Of a DNA stretch of 64,000 bases, positions 39,516 to 52,700 are shown piece by piece. The DNA comes from Lama glama. Its lineage: Eukaryota. A program made the translations under genes and the position numbers. The notes under the pieces are model-generated. The model had not been told where the DNA came from and ran no database searches. It worked only from the letters and a program-made list of their open reading frames with translations. How positions within the stretch are numbered: the first letter of the stretch is position 1; every line of letters begins with the position of its first letter. Location: assembly GCA_028534125.1 (NCBI GenBank), contig CM052816.1, forward strand, positions 57,414,001 through 57,478,000. Direction: 5' to 3'.

Positions 39516-42119
39516 ATAACTTAGATGATTGATTTCTTGAATATGTGTAAGCGATATCATATGAGTGGATTACTGCATTCTGTTGATTCTTATTTTGTGG
39601 TTGGCTTTATTCCTTTGATAACTATATAAGTTTAAAAAACTGTTCTTAGAAACAATGAACAGTAGTACATATATGTATGCAAACTTCAAAAAATTTTTTT
39701 AAAAGATAAAAAAATTAAATAAAAATCTAGAAAGAGAGGGATGAACTAGGAAATTCCTAAGATTTCTTTGCTGTTAAGTTCAACAATTCAATACGTGGCT
39801 AGGTATTTTGATGAACTTCATTCAAAAGAATTTGAGATGTATGAGAGTTTCTATTTCCCCAAATCAGAAAATGGTAATTTTAATCTGAAATCACATTGCT
39901 ATCCTGGTTGCTGAGCAATTTAAACTCTACTAGAATCTCACTGGAGTGTGACTGTGCAGATTCTGTTTTACAAATAAAAATTGCCTGCTGTGCACCTGGT
40001 CAGCAAGTAACACCACCAACACAAAAGCCGCTAGCTGACTAGGTTATAAGGTTAAAATAAAACTAAGATTTTTATTAGAGCCTTTTTCTTTTTATGCCTC
40101 AACTTTTTATTCCTCTATTGGCTCTTAAGCTTCCACATCAAATTCCTACATTAACTATTAAACTACTATACCACAATTTTGATTCTGAGCTTACTATCTA
40201 TGGTAAAACAAGACTCCAAAAAAAACCTCCTACCTTTACAGATTCTCCACTGTTTGATCCTTGAGTTATGGTGGGGGTGGTGTCAGGCCAGGGGAAGGAT
40301 GGTATTTGGGGAAGTGACACAGACACTTGAACTCCCAGCCACAGGGTAACATAGGGCTTTAAGACCAACTGCCTCCTACCATGGGTCTTTTGTGCCATGA
40401 TGAGCCAAAATAACACCACAAAACAAGGAGTGTCAGAGATCTGGGGCCCTTGCCCTAGTTCTTCTCTGCATGAAGAACTGGCTGCGCAATCCTGTACAAA
40501 CCATTTACACTCATTTGGTTTATTTCCTCATTTATAAAGCAACTAGAGCCCATGCTCCTTTCAGCTTCTAGAAATAAAACATTTAGTAAATATTGAGTCT
40601 TGCCATATTTTACATACAAAAGCCAGCCTTACTTCTTTTTTTATACTTGCTACTGAAATTCTTCAAGTCTTCAGGGAAACTTGAATTCAACTCAATTGTT
40701 CAAGTTTAGTTCTGGGAATACTAATTATCTGAGTGAGAGCTTCACGTCATTTGATTCTTTCAACAAATATGTGGGCTCCTGCAAAAGAGCACAGTCCTGT
40801 GCCAGGCTTAGGTCATTTCTTACCTAAGTAACATTCAACAATAAGTACAATCTTTAGTTGAAAATGTTATATACAAAACATTTTCATCATAACTTGGGTT
40901 TCTATCCAACAGAAGTCTTTATCCATTATCTCCTCAAAACTGTGTAAAACAGTATCAAGCTAAAAATCCAACAGAGCATTCTAACTCCTGCTCTGCAGCA
41001 CCTGTGGTTTCAGTGATTCACTGTTTAATGCTCTTTCTCTACATTAAGTCTCCTAATATTTTTCTAATAAAGGGTTGACAAGCAGCATTTTATGAGCTGA
41101 AACAAATTCTTTTTGAAACATAGATCAGGACTCTTAAGTCCATGTCCACATATTGCCAACTAAACTTTAGCAAAAAAGAATTAACCAAAGTACTTTATTT
41201 TACCTTTCACAACAATCAGCACCAATAATCCTGAAAACATATCATTTATGCCAAAGTTTGATAAATTTTACATATGAAGTTTAAACATCTTCAGTTTTCT
41301 TGTTCTTTCTCCTGCTCATCAAAGTGACGTATTAAGTAACCTCTCATCCACCATTACAAAGAGTGTAATACAGATGTAGAAATTTAAAATCATCCTTTTG
41401 ACTTAACAATCATTTTCTCAGATCTATATATGTGACTTATTTGCCCACTTCAAACAAGGAATTTCAGATTTTTCCATGCACTACATGGTAAGCACTGTAG
41501 TATGGAGCTTAAGAATACAAACTCTGGAGTTCCTCAGCTTCACTTTGAGTTCTTGCTCTGCCACTTACTAGTCATGAAAAGAATAATTAACCTATGACCT
41601 ATAAAATGAGGTAATTAATAGTACTTCTATCTCATGGGGTTATTGTAAGGATAAGATGGCAAAGTTCCATTTAAAAAAAAAAACAACCTTCTCTTTGTCT
41701 AAAAAAATGACAACCAAATGTAATATAAAACCCTGGACTGGATCCTGTACTGGAGGAAAAATGTTATAAAGGATGTTACTGGGACAAGTGGCAAAATTAT
41801 AATACAGACTAAAAAACTAAATTTCCTAAATTTGACAACTATATTTAGTTTCAGAAGAGAATATCCTAGCTCTTGAGGTACATACCTTAACATATTAAGG
41901 AGCAGAGGGACAAGATGTATGCAACCTACTCTCAAATGGTCAAAAAAAATAGTTAATTGCATGTGTGTGTTAGGATTGGGGAAGAATGTGGCAAAATGTT
42001 AAAAACTGGTGAATCCAGGTAAAGTGTATATGGAGTTCTCTCAAGTATTCTCACAACTTTTCTCTAATTTTTAAAAAACATTTTAACTTTAAAAAATTAT
42101 TTTAAAATATCTTAAAACC

Positions 42120-43300
42120 AGCTTTGAGCCTATTTACCCTCTACTACTGCTCAATTTTTCCATTCCCTCCCATTCGTGGAAACATCTTGAAAGTTGTATA
42201 CAGTCACCATGGGCCCCTTCACTCCACTGAGACTCAGATTTCCTTGCTGCTAAACCCAATGATACCTTCTTGGCCTCATCTTAATTTCTCCACAGTGTTG
42301 AAAACTGCCAATAACTCTTTCACCTCTTAGCCTGTGGCATCACATCTCCCTGGTTTTCCTTTTATTTCACTGGCTGCTCTTTGTCAGTCTTCTTTGCTGA
42401 CCTCCTCACCCCTAAATATCCTAGGCACCTTTCTCTTCTCTCTGTCTAATAATCTCATCCAGTTTGTGCCACTAAACAGCACTCTGAATTCCAGGCTCAA
42501 GTATCCAACATCTTATTAGACACACGCACTTGTTTGTTAAATGGGCATCTCAAACTTTGCTGGCTAAAACATAACTCTTCATTCTCTTTCCCATCCCACT
42601 CAAATCTGCTCCTCCAGTCCTCTATTATCGTGAAGTGCTACTCGTGTTCATCTAGTTGTTCAGGTCAAACAGCAAGGAGTCATCCTAGATTTTCCTTATA
42701 TCCCACATTTAAACCATCAGCCAGTGCTGTCAAAATACACTCTGAATCTGATCACATCTCAACTCCTTCACTAGTCCAGATACCATTTTCTACAAGAGCA
42801 TGGTCTACTACAATTGGTTTCTCTGCTCTCTCTTTCGTTCACTTACAGCCCATTCTTTGAGACAAGCAGCAAAAAACAATCATGTTAAAGCTGCAGTTAA
42901 GTCATGTCTTCTCTCCATCAAAACTTTCCAATGGTTTCTCATCACACTTGAAAATAAAACCTCAGATTCTTACCATAGCCTGCAAAATTGTACCTAATCT
43001 AGGATCCTGCCTATCTCTCTGAACTAATCTCCTAGCAGTCTCCGCCCCTACTTCCACTTTGTTCCACACTCATTTTCTCAGAGTTCCCTGATGTTGTTAT
43101 GCTTTTTCCTACCAAAGAGTCTAGTTTTGCTTGCTCTTTCTTCAATTATTCATATTGCTTCTCCTCATTCAGATTGCTGGCCAAATATGACATTTCAGAA
43201 AGGCAATGTTCTCTTCCATCTTTCCCCACCTCATTACTTTCTATTTTGTCTCCCTGCTTTAGTTAGTACCTATTTGTTTTTTTCCCTTTCTCTTCATTAA
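42120..43300 (+). mobile_element. Decayed L2 fragment
   Basis: Pyrimidine-rich L2-like body (ggcatctcaaact..., aaaactttccaatggtttctcatcacactt). Confidence 0.65.
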
Positions 43301-43639
43301 AAGAATCTTTAAATGAAAAAATAATATTCCTGCTCCTCATTTTATAAAAAGTAAACAATATAGTTGAAATTCAAGTTCCCATCCAGCTCTTCTAATCCTG
43401 GTCTCCTCCCCAGAAGTACTTTTAATATTCATTTGATGTGTAAAGTTATAGAGCTGTTTTTTGTGCATTTAAATAGTATGCTTCTGTAGAAATAAAGAGT
43501 TCTATTTCTGGTCTATAAAAACTCATTCAAAATATGCCTTAGCTTTCCTATTCATTATATATAGCTCTATTTTACTACTAACTACAGTATGGTTTATTGA
43601 TAAACACTTATTTTATTTACAATTTTACATCATTACAAG

Positions 43640-46470
43640 TCATTCATTTAATAAATATTTACTGAGTGCCTACTATATCCTAGGCACTGTTCTAGTTGCT
43701 GCAAATATGGCAATAAATAAAACAAAGATCTTTGTCCTCTTGGAACTTACACTCTTACGGGAGGAGAAAGACAATAAACAGAATATTTAGTGCTAACTTC
43801 TCTGCAAAGGCCCAGAGAGTAAGTATTCTAGACTTTACAGATGATGTGCAGGCTGAATACTAAGAATATATCTGCTGTACACTCTGTTTTTGATTTACAA
43901 CCCTTTAAAAAAATGTAAAAACCATTCTTAGCTCATAGGCTGTACAAAAACAAGCCACAGGGCAATGGTGCTCTAGCTTGCTGACCCCCTGATACAGTGT
44001 GTTAGAAGGTGGTATGTGCTATGCAAAAAGTAAAAAAGAATCCAGGATAAGGGGGAGAGGTGGAGGTAGGATGCAGTATCAACAGGGTGTTTAAAGAAGG
44101 TGAGATCTAAAGTAAGGCCAGTGAGCAAGGAGAGAAAGTGGTAGGTAGTAGGAAATGAGGTCAGGGAGGTAAGAAGAAAGGGAAGTGGGTTGGGCAGATT
44201 ATGTAGAGCCTTGTGGGCCATTGCAAGGATTAGATTTTCTCTGAGTGAAAGGGGGAGCCATAGCAGAGATTTGAAGAGAGAAGTGACAGGGACTGTTTCA
44301 CTTTGTAAAAGGTTTGCTCCGGCTAGTATATTGAGGAAAGACTGCTGGGAGGGGCTAGGATAGAATAAGGAGGCCAGGTAGCAACCTATTTAAGTAATCT
44401 AAAGAGATATGATGGTAGTGGTAGTGGCAGGGTGATGGTAGTGGAGAGGGTGAGGCATGATAACATTCTGGATGCATTTTGATAATGTAGGGGAAAAGAA
44501 CAGGTTGTCCTGAAGGCACAGATATAAAGAGTCAAAGAAAAAATAAAGTCAAGAACAACTCCAAGATTTTACCCTGAGAGTGACATTGTCATTGACAGAC
44601 CAAAATGGGAAAGTATGGGTAGAGCAGGTACTGGGGAGGAAGTTTAGGAGTTAAGTTCTGGACGTGCTGAGTTTGAGGTCTATCATTAGATATTTAGGTA
44701 CAGATACTGAATAAGCAGCTGAATGTATATGGAATTAGGAAGAGAAGCTAAGATCTAAATTTGAGCATTGCTATCATTTAGATAGTATTTAAAGCCACGA
44801 GACTGAATGAGATTACCAGTGGAATGAGTATAGACACAAAAAAACAAAAAACAAGGACTGAGTCCTGGGGCTAACACTAAGAGGTCTGTGAGAAGAAAGG
44901 CAAAGAGAACAACAAGGAGTCAGCACTGAGGGAGGAAATAAACAGGGGTGTGAGGTATCCTGCAAAGCAAAGAAGAAAGTGTTTCAAGAATAAGAGAAAT
45001 AGCTGTGTCAAACGTTGCTAACAGATCAAGTTAAGATGAAGAGAATCAAGGACATATGGCACTTGGCAACATGGAAGTTATTGGAGAACCTAAGGAGCTG
45101 TTTCAGTGGGAATGGTGCAGACAAAGGCCTGACTAGAGTGGGTTTAATAGCGTATGGGAGGAGAAAAATTGGCAATAGTAAGTATAGACGATTCTTTCAA
45201 GGAATAATGCTGCAATAGGAAACCAAAATATGGGGAAACAAGTGAAGAGTGGATCAATTTTTTTAAAGCTGGGAGAAATAATAGCTTATTTGTTTGCTGA
45301 TAGAAATAATCCAACAAAGAAAAAGAATTGATGTGGAAGAATAGACGCTGTAGCAATGTCTTGAGCAGATGAGAGAGAGAGGATGAGCTCTAATACAAAA
45401 GCAGAGACAAGAACATGAACAGTTCACCTTAAGTAACAAGCAGGAAGATAGCATGTATTAACACAGATGCTAGTAGGTACACTGGGTGGTTGGCCTCAGT
45501 GGAAATGTTCTGACTGCTTCAATTTTTAACAAAATTGAAAGCAGGGTCATGAACTGAAAGTGAGGACTGGAAAAGACAGATTGAAGTTTTGAAGAAAAGA
45601 TGGTATGAAATAGTCACTGAGGAGAGCGGGAAAGTGAAGAGACTAGGAAAATACAGTACAATCGACAGGCAGCATTAACAACTCACTTGAGGTGTATGGT
45701 CATGTGTCATTGTGTGTCTTCTTCCAGCCATACTAAGTTACATAGGGGCAGGTGCAAAGAAAGCAGACAGCTGGCTTTAACAAGGGCATGGCTCTACTAA
45801 ACAAGTAAAGAGCAGGGGGACTCTCCACAGGAGTGAATAACCCAGGAATTTAAACTGCTTAAAAAAGGAAGTGAAAACATCAGGAGGATGTCAGGGAAAC
45901 AGAAATAGGACCAATGGATTGGCAATTCCATTGCAAGTCAAAAGAAGATTAGGGCTGAGATACTAACTATAAGGAGTGAACTACTAGAATAGAAAGTATG
46001 GTCACAGAGTAGAACACATGAAATGGTAACCACAGAGGGACTGCAGTTATTGACAATGCAAAAAGGTATCACTTGGGAGTGAGTGACTGAGATGGAGTAG
46101 ATGGGAAGAACACTGGAGGAAAGGTCTAGGAAATGAGAGGCCAGGGTACTGGAAAGATCAGGTATATTCTTTTTAAGAGTCTCATGCTCTACCGACTGAG
46201 CTAGCTGGGCAGCTGCCAGTATATTCTTTTTAATTTCAATATAAAGACTGATATGGTATTGGAGAGAGAGCGACAATGAACAATGGAGCTAAAATAATTG
46301 AGAAATGAGGATGAATGACCTGAAGGTTAGTAGTTGATAGCAATCATGAGGGGTAGCCGTTACATAATCAGATGACATAACCCAAAATGGAGGATTCTTA
46401 GGAAGCAGTGAGAGAGAATAGATTTTGAGACTGGATTTTGTGGATGATGGACTATAAATTCCAGAGGGCA
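43640..46470 (-). mobile_element. Long, decayed L2 LINE with nested MER58-like MITE and tRNA half
   Basis: Begins with the reverse-complemented L2 3' end (cattcatttaataaatatttactgagtgcctacta), followed by purine-rich L2-like body. Confidence 0.72.
46173..46210 (-). pseudogene. Tailless retroposed 5' half of tRNA-Lys(CTT)
   Basis: GCCCAGCTAGCTCAGTCGGTAGAGCATGAGACTCTTAA matches the tRNA-Lys-CTT 5' end through the anticodon loop. Flanked by the direct repeat gtatattctttttaa (46162-46176, 46219-46233). Confidence 0.88.
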
Positions 46471-46597
46471 CAGTGCAGAAGATAAATGGTGACCTGCAAG
46501 TCTGGAGGTTCTGTGGCTATTGAAAAACACCCTTGAACATACGATTCCTACTATACTTACGTGTTTCTCTAATGAATGGAAATTGCTTAGGCTGAAA

Positions 46598-46666
46598 TTT
46601 TTTTTAAATTGAAGTATAGTTGATTTACAGTGCTGTGTTAGTTTCTGGCATACAGCATTGTGATTC
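46598..46666 (-). mobile_element. Short L1 3' end
   Basis: T run followed by attgaagtatagttgatttaca...gtgattca; imperfect TSD aggYtgaaa. Confidence 0.72.
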
Positions 46667-49600
46667 AGGTTGAAAATATTTTTATTTTAAAATTAAAATG
46701 GCTGTACTGGTTTATTCAGTGTTTGAGTTTCCTTACAACCTTATCCATACACACTAGCAAAATTTTATCACTTTAACCAAGATGATGGATTAAATTAAAA
46801 AACCTTCACTGTTTTACTTAGCATTTCGTTATTGGTGGATAGAGCATTACTTCATGTTTATTGGCGAGCTATACTTCCTCTTCTGTGATTTTGCCCATTT
46901 AAGAAATTGAGTTCTCTTATTAGTTTACAGCACTTAGAAATAACCTATTTTTCTATTTTATTCTGCTCTTAATGACTCACACAAATCAATGTAAATTTCT
47001 CATTTCAAATCTTTCAATGGCTTATGCTAGGGCAACACAAGCCTCAGTAGGTATCTCATCCTAAAATCCTTCTATGATGTACTAGAGATCGGCTAAAGGG
47101 CACCAGTCCAATCTGGTCACACCCATTTAGTTTCCATACTGTGACTGCTTTTGCACTACATGGCTGAGTTGGTACTGTCTACAAAGCAGAAAATACTGTG
47201 TGGTCCTTCACAGAAAATGTTTGTGAACTTCTGCTCTGTATCTTTTAGGGCCCCTGAACGGCTCAGTTTCAAGAACCCAGTAGGTTCTTATCTTTGCTCA
47301 CATAGTCTTCTAAAGTGTTGTTCCTATTTCCCCTAAATGGCTAAGTCATTTCTCCCACTCCCTCATAGAATCTATTACTATTCTAGTCCTCCTTGGTTCC
47401 TCCAAAGACTTATATCATAAAAGCTGGTACCTACACTTCACCACACTTTCTTGTTTATGTATCTTTCTCTACGCTAGTATCTAAATGTCTTGAGGACAAG
47501 TGACAATTACAGCACTAAAAACGCTCACTGAATGAATAAATGGTACACGAAATCCTTCATAATTCACCATCTTTCCCATCATTTTCCTTTGCTTCAGCTA
47601 AAATTAACTGTATCTTTTTACTTCATTATTTTTCAAAAACATTTCTAACAGCAGACTAATGATCCATGTTTTATATTTATTTGCTTATAATTATGGTGGA
47701 TACCACCTATTCCTAGTCATTTACTTGCATCTATTCAGTACGTTCAAGATTTGCTTAAGCATTTCTCTACCCTAATTCCTTGCCTAGTAAAGACAAAAAC
47801 AATGCAATATTGGCCTTTCTGGGATCAACCTTTTCATCTATGGTGGTAACATCTGTAACTGAGGATTCAGGGACTTCACTGATAATTATTTCACTATTGG
47901 CTTCAGAGTGCTTCAAAGTCAACTATAAAATGCAACTCAAAATTTTTTCGCTTTAGTTTTCAGTATAAAATTAGTCTCACACATCTTATGGGTAGTCTTA
48001 TTCTCCTTAACTGGAATAGAACATCTCAATTTTTTTTTGTTTATTTTATTTTTCTGTTAAGACTACTTTGCTAGGGATTTCACTAAACATATTTCTTCTG
48101 TTTACTTTTTAATGGGCCTTTGTCAATTCTCTTAACTCCCAACTTTGATAGATTTGGTTTGTGTTCAGGTCATTACTAAAAAGTGTTTTACCCACAAAGG
48201 CTTGCTGCAATTATTTTAGAAACTAGCTTTATATATTCGTTACCAATTACATCTCATCCAGATAAGGGTTTTTTTTCCCTTTTTAAAATATATGTGGATA
48301 GTTGAGCCCTATCTGATTTAACTTTGTAAGTTACTCATTTATTTCCAGCTCACTTACACTATCTTAATAATGCAGTCTATGATCTACAGTTGGTAGATTC
48401 ACTGTTACAGTGAATTATAAGATTCACTATAAGATTCCATATTCATTCAATGTACACATATTCATTATAAGATTCTGAATATGTGTATCACATAAAACTT
48501 TACAAATAAAAGACTATGAGCTTTGTGATTAGGAAAATCTAGATTCAAATCCAGTCTTGAACACTCTTGAGTCTTTAGGCAAAGTACTTACCTATCTATA
48601 CTTCAGCTCTCCCATCAGTAAAATGGAAGCAACTCCCATGTGTAAATTTATACAGGGCTAGGGTAATGAGCATAATGTATGTAAAAGTAAAAATGTATAC
48701 TAAATGTCTACAAATGATGCATAGTTTATTATACAGAAAACAACGTTAATTCACTCTCTCTTCCTTCCTATCTCAAGCAATATGGGTGATAAGTGCTGTG
48801 CTCCTCAATTTAAGTCCATTATTAAATTCTCTTAAGTAAAAGCAGTTTAGCAATGTAGACCATGAGCTTTGGATTTTCATACACTCTGACCCAGTATTTT
48901 CACTTTGGGGAATCTATCTTAATGAAATAATCTAAAACACAGAAATTGTTTTATGTACAAGGATTTTCACTTTAGTGTTTCATGCAATTGCAAAAAAATA
49001 GAAATTTTCTAACTATCCAACGGTAATATGTTTAATTTTGAGAAATTCACACAAACGTTACGTGGTCATTTAAAAAGATGCTGACAAAATAATTTAATAG
49101 CATGAAAGAATGCTTATGGTATTGGTGAAAAAGGCAGAATGCAAAATTAATCATAAAGTCTCAATTGTGTAAAAATCAAATAAACTGAAAAAAAAATTAG
49201 AAGGAAATGCATCAAAGGGTTTATAGTAAGTATCTCATGGTCCTGATATTAATGATTATTATTTTACAGTTGTTTTCTGTAGTTTTCTAAAATATCAATG
49301 ATTATGACAATGATGATGGTAACAACAGTTATCATTTATGGAGTGTTTACTAAACGCCGGGTCCAGTTCTAAGAGCTTATTGTATTAACTCATTTAATCT
49401 TCGTAAGATTAATTTCTCAGAGTATCAGAAAATTGAAGAATAGTGAGATTAAGTAATTTGATCAAGGTTACATAGTTCATTACGGAAGGTGCCAAAATCT
49501 GAATCCAAGAAGTCTGGTTTTAGAGTTCTTGTTTCTAACTGCTATATGCCACTGAAGAGATTTGCTTTGTTTTAAAATTTTAACCATCAACAAGGTATAT

Positions 49601-51699
49601 GTCAATTCAAATTTTGTGGTCTTTCAGGTATCAGCTTTCAACTTTCAGCTTCCTTTCAGTTCTGAGTTCAAGTATTTGCTCTGCCATTGGGTGCCATTTT
49701 GGAACAAGACATAGCCACCATTCTTGTATGGGTTCTATCTACTCCAGAAAATTCCAAGACAAATCTGCACCCCTATTCCCTGTTCCAGTATCTCATTTAA
49801 CCATTGAGACTCTGGAATTCTTAACATTCTTACTTATTACTGACAGTACTTCAAAGAATTCTAGTAAGGAGGCCTTGGAGCAACCAAACATGGCTTTTAG
49901 GAACTCTTTCCTACACTAACACCCATCCATGTAACTACAAATCTACAGTTACCACCTTTGTAAAAATATGTCTTCCACTGTAAAGTTCTCACCCTCTGCA
50001 ACACAGGAGACTCCTCCTACCTGCCAACACTGACCACATATCTCCTATAGCACTGGATGAGTGGAACCTACTAAGAAAGATCTCCCACATCCGGGGAATT
50101 TGTCTCTGATCTTTCCTTTCTGAAGGTGGCATTATTCTCCACTGTTTTTTTAAAAACTTCATCAGTTAATCAATCACTTTAATTTTTCTCAGCTTTCTCA
50201 CCCTTTTGCTGGTAAACCAATTTTTTTTTTTTAAGGAACAAGATCCTTTTGGCACTAATACGTAGTCAAATATCAATCCCAGGAAGTAATATTCATAATT
50301 TATACCTTGAGCAATAAAAATAACTCGTACTTATTGCTGTGTTCTTCTCTGTAGTTTGTGTTTGAAATTTATTTCATTACATATGTTACTGGTTTGGCTT
50401 CCTTTATAACCAAATTCCTTTTCTTTTCTTTTTTTCCCACAAATTCCTTTTCTTAAAAACAGTATCTGCAGAATCCAACATGGTTAAATGCAAGCAATTC
50501 TAAACATCGTACATTTATAGTTCAATGCAGCTCACTTAGTATTTAGAAAAAACGAGTTTATGTGATGGCTTTAACATTATACAAAGAAGAAAAACTAATC
50601 ATAAAAACAATGAATACAGCAAGTATTGATAATGGAAATATTCTCAACCAGAATTATATATATATATATATATTTACCATATATATATTTACCAAAATCT
50701 TATCCTGTTCACAATATATAATGGTAATAAGCTTAATTACTTCAAAAGATTTTTATAGATATTTCAGTGGGGGGAATTTAATAATTCCCTGAATACCTAG
50801 GATGAAGACGTAACCAAAACAAGGCTGATCTGGTGGGATACCCTTTTAGGAAAAAGAAAATGGAGCACTAATAGTTCATCAGGCTCACATTAAATTAAGT
50901 GAAGTAAAAACAGGACTGGCAAACTGTTATGCATTTATGTATTGCATGTGCTGGGGAGTAAAAAAGAAATCTGCACCTTTCTCTTTTGCAGTTTCAAGTT
51001 TTCAGCTTGGCAGAGTCATTCTTTAAGAAACATGGAGTGCAGAGTAAAAGTGGAAAACAGAATCGTTTCTCAAAAAACGGAATCTTCCCCTGCTTCACTA
51101 TGTGTAACTTATTTAACCATTCTAATATGAAAGCTTTGATAAACCAGAGAAATTTTAAGTCTAAAAGGAACTTTTGTTATCCTAAAAATGAGGATGCGAG
51201 GACAGCCATTTTACAACCTTACATTTCCAAATATCTATTACACAATACAATCTACATTTCAAACATTTCCCCTTTAGGTTAATTTTTTTTAAAAAAAGCA
51301 CTACTTGTGGACTCATCATTTGAAGTCTTCTGCTTCAAAGCAGGACTGTTACTGAGCTGCTTAATACAACTGTCAAAATCAATCTGTGGATAGTCTCGCA
51401 ACTTAAAATTTCTACATTTATACCTGCTGAGAGATCGAATTAATTGTGATTGTTAAGATAACGGACTTAAATTCTAAGCAATCCTTGAAAAACCCGATTG
51501 ATTTTAAAAATCAGGAAACAAATAACAGGCGATTGTTTTTCAGGGAAGAAAGCCATTCCCAAAACAGATTGCGGCAGCGGGTCTGCTTCTCAGCAGCAGT
51601 TCCCTGTTGAGTGTTTGCGTGGGAGAAGTACAATGTAGGGCAGAAGTGCAAAAAACATAAACCCACGCAAAACCCGTAGTTACAAACATTAAAATCATG

Positions 51700-52700
51700 T
51701 AAACATGTCGTGAGACCAAGAGGTCCCAAGGGGCGAGAATTGCCTGGAGAAAGCGATCAGCCAGCTGAGAGTGGAGGCGATGGTGTGTGCGGGGCCGGGA
51801 CACCCGGGCGGGGACAAAGACGCGCCATCCGGGGCAGCGCCCGATTGTGCCCAGAACCGGCCGGAAGCAGCTGTCCCGGGGCAGCGACTGCGGCACCCAG
51901 GGACCTCAAACGCTCCGGTTTAATGGTCGACGGCAGAAGCCCCCGGGGAGCAGACCCTCTTTCTGCTGCCCCTAACGGGCTGCTGGCATGACCTCGGACA
52001 CCTGAAGAGCCGCCGCCTGCCCCCTGCCCGGATCCCAAAGGACGCCCGGGCCTGCAGCTGTTGGGCTTAGAACCGCGCCGCCGCCGCCGTCGGGCTCCAA
52101 ACGGCCGGGCGGACGAAGGCGGCGGGTCCGGCGCCTCTCCCCGCGGCCCGTCAGGCAGCTTGGAACAGCTTGCCTCCGCTCCCGCCCTCCAGTCCGGGGC
52201 CGCGCACCCTCACGCCACCTACCCGGTCCCACACCATCCCAGAGGCCTCCGGCGCTCGGGCCCTCTGCCGAAGCGGCGCAGCCTCCCGTCCGAGACCCGA
52301 AATGGCTGCGGAACAAAGAGAATCTGGGCTCCGCCGAGCGCCGGTCCGATTGGCCGGGGGGCGGGGCTCGCCGCGGGAACGTTCGGCGGCGGTCGCCTTG
52401 GCAACGACGGCGGGGCTGGGAAAACCGCGGCCTGGGCCTGCCGAGCACACGGACCCACGCCCGGCGGCGCGCGGCAGCGGTTTCTAAGCCGGTGCTGCCG
52501 CCTCAGGCCTCGGCCCGCCGCCGGGCTCCCGCTCGCGCCCTCTGCGGCCGGCACGCGGGCCCGAGCCTCTGGCTCACAGGAGAAGCCGCGGCGGACGCTG
52601 CTTTGCGCCGTGAGGCCTCGACCAAAATGGCCCTGTAAGTGTGGCTGCCTAGGGCGGTCTAGGGCCCTCCTAGCACGATGACCCGACCCCAGCCTAACTT
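51700..52700. promoter_or_regulatory. CpG island / main TNPO1 promoter
   Basis: Very GC- and CpG-rich around exon 1. Contains CCAAT (52349-52353, minus), GC box GGGGCGGGG (52358-52366), X-box-like GTCGCCTTGGCAAC (52392-52405) and YY1-like GCCATTT (52300-52306, minus). Confidence 0.88.
52223..52237 (-). CDS. TNPO1: Transportin-1 coding exon 1 (MVWDR), long-isoform start
   Basis: Minus strand reads gggATG GTG TGG GAC CGG|GTAGGT inside a CpG island, with G at -3 and G at +4. MVWDR is the known TNPO1 N-terminus, and the phase-0 join to exon 2 is in frame. Confidence 0.93.
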
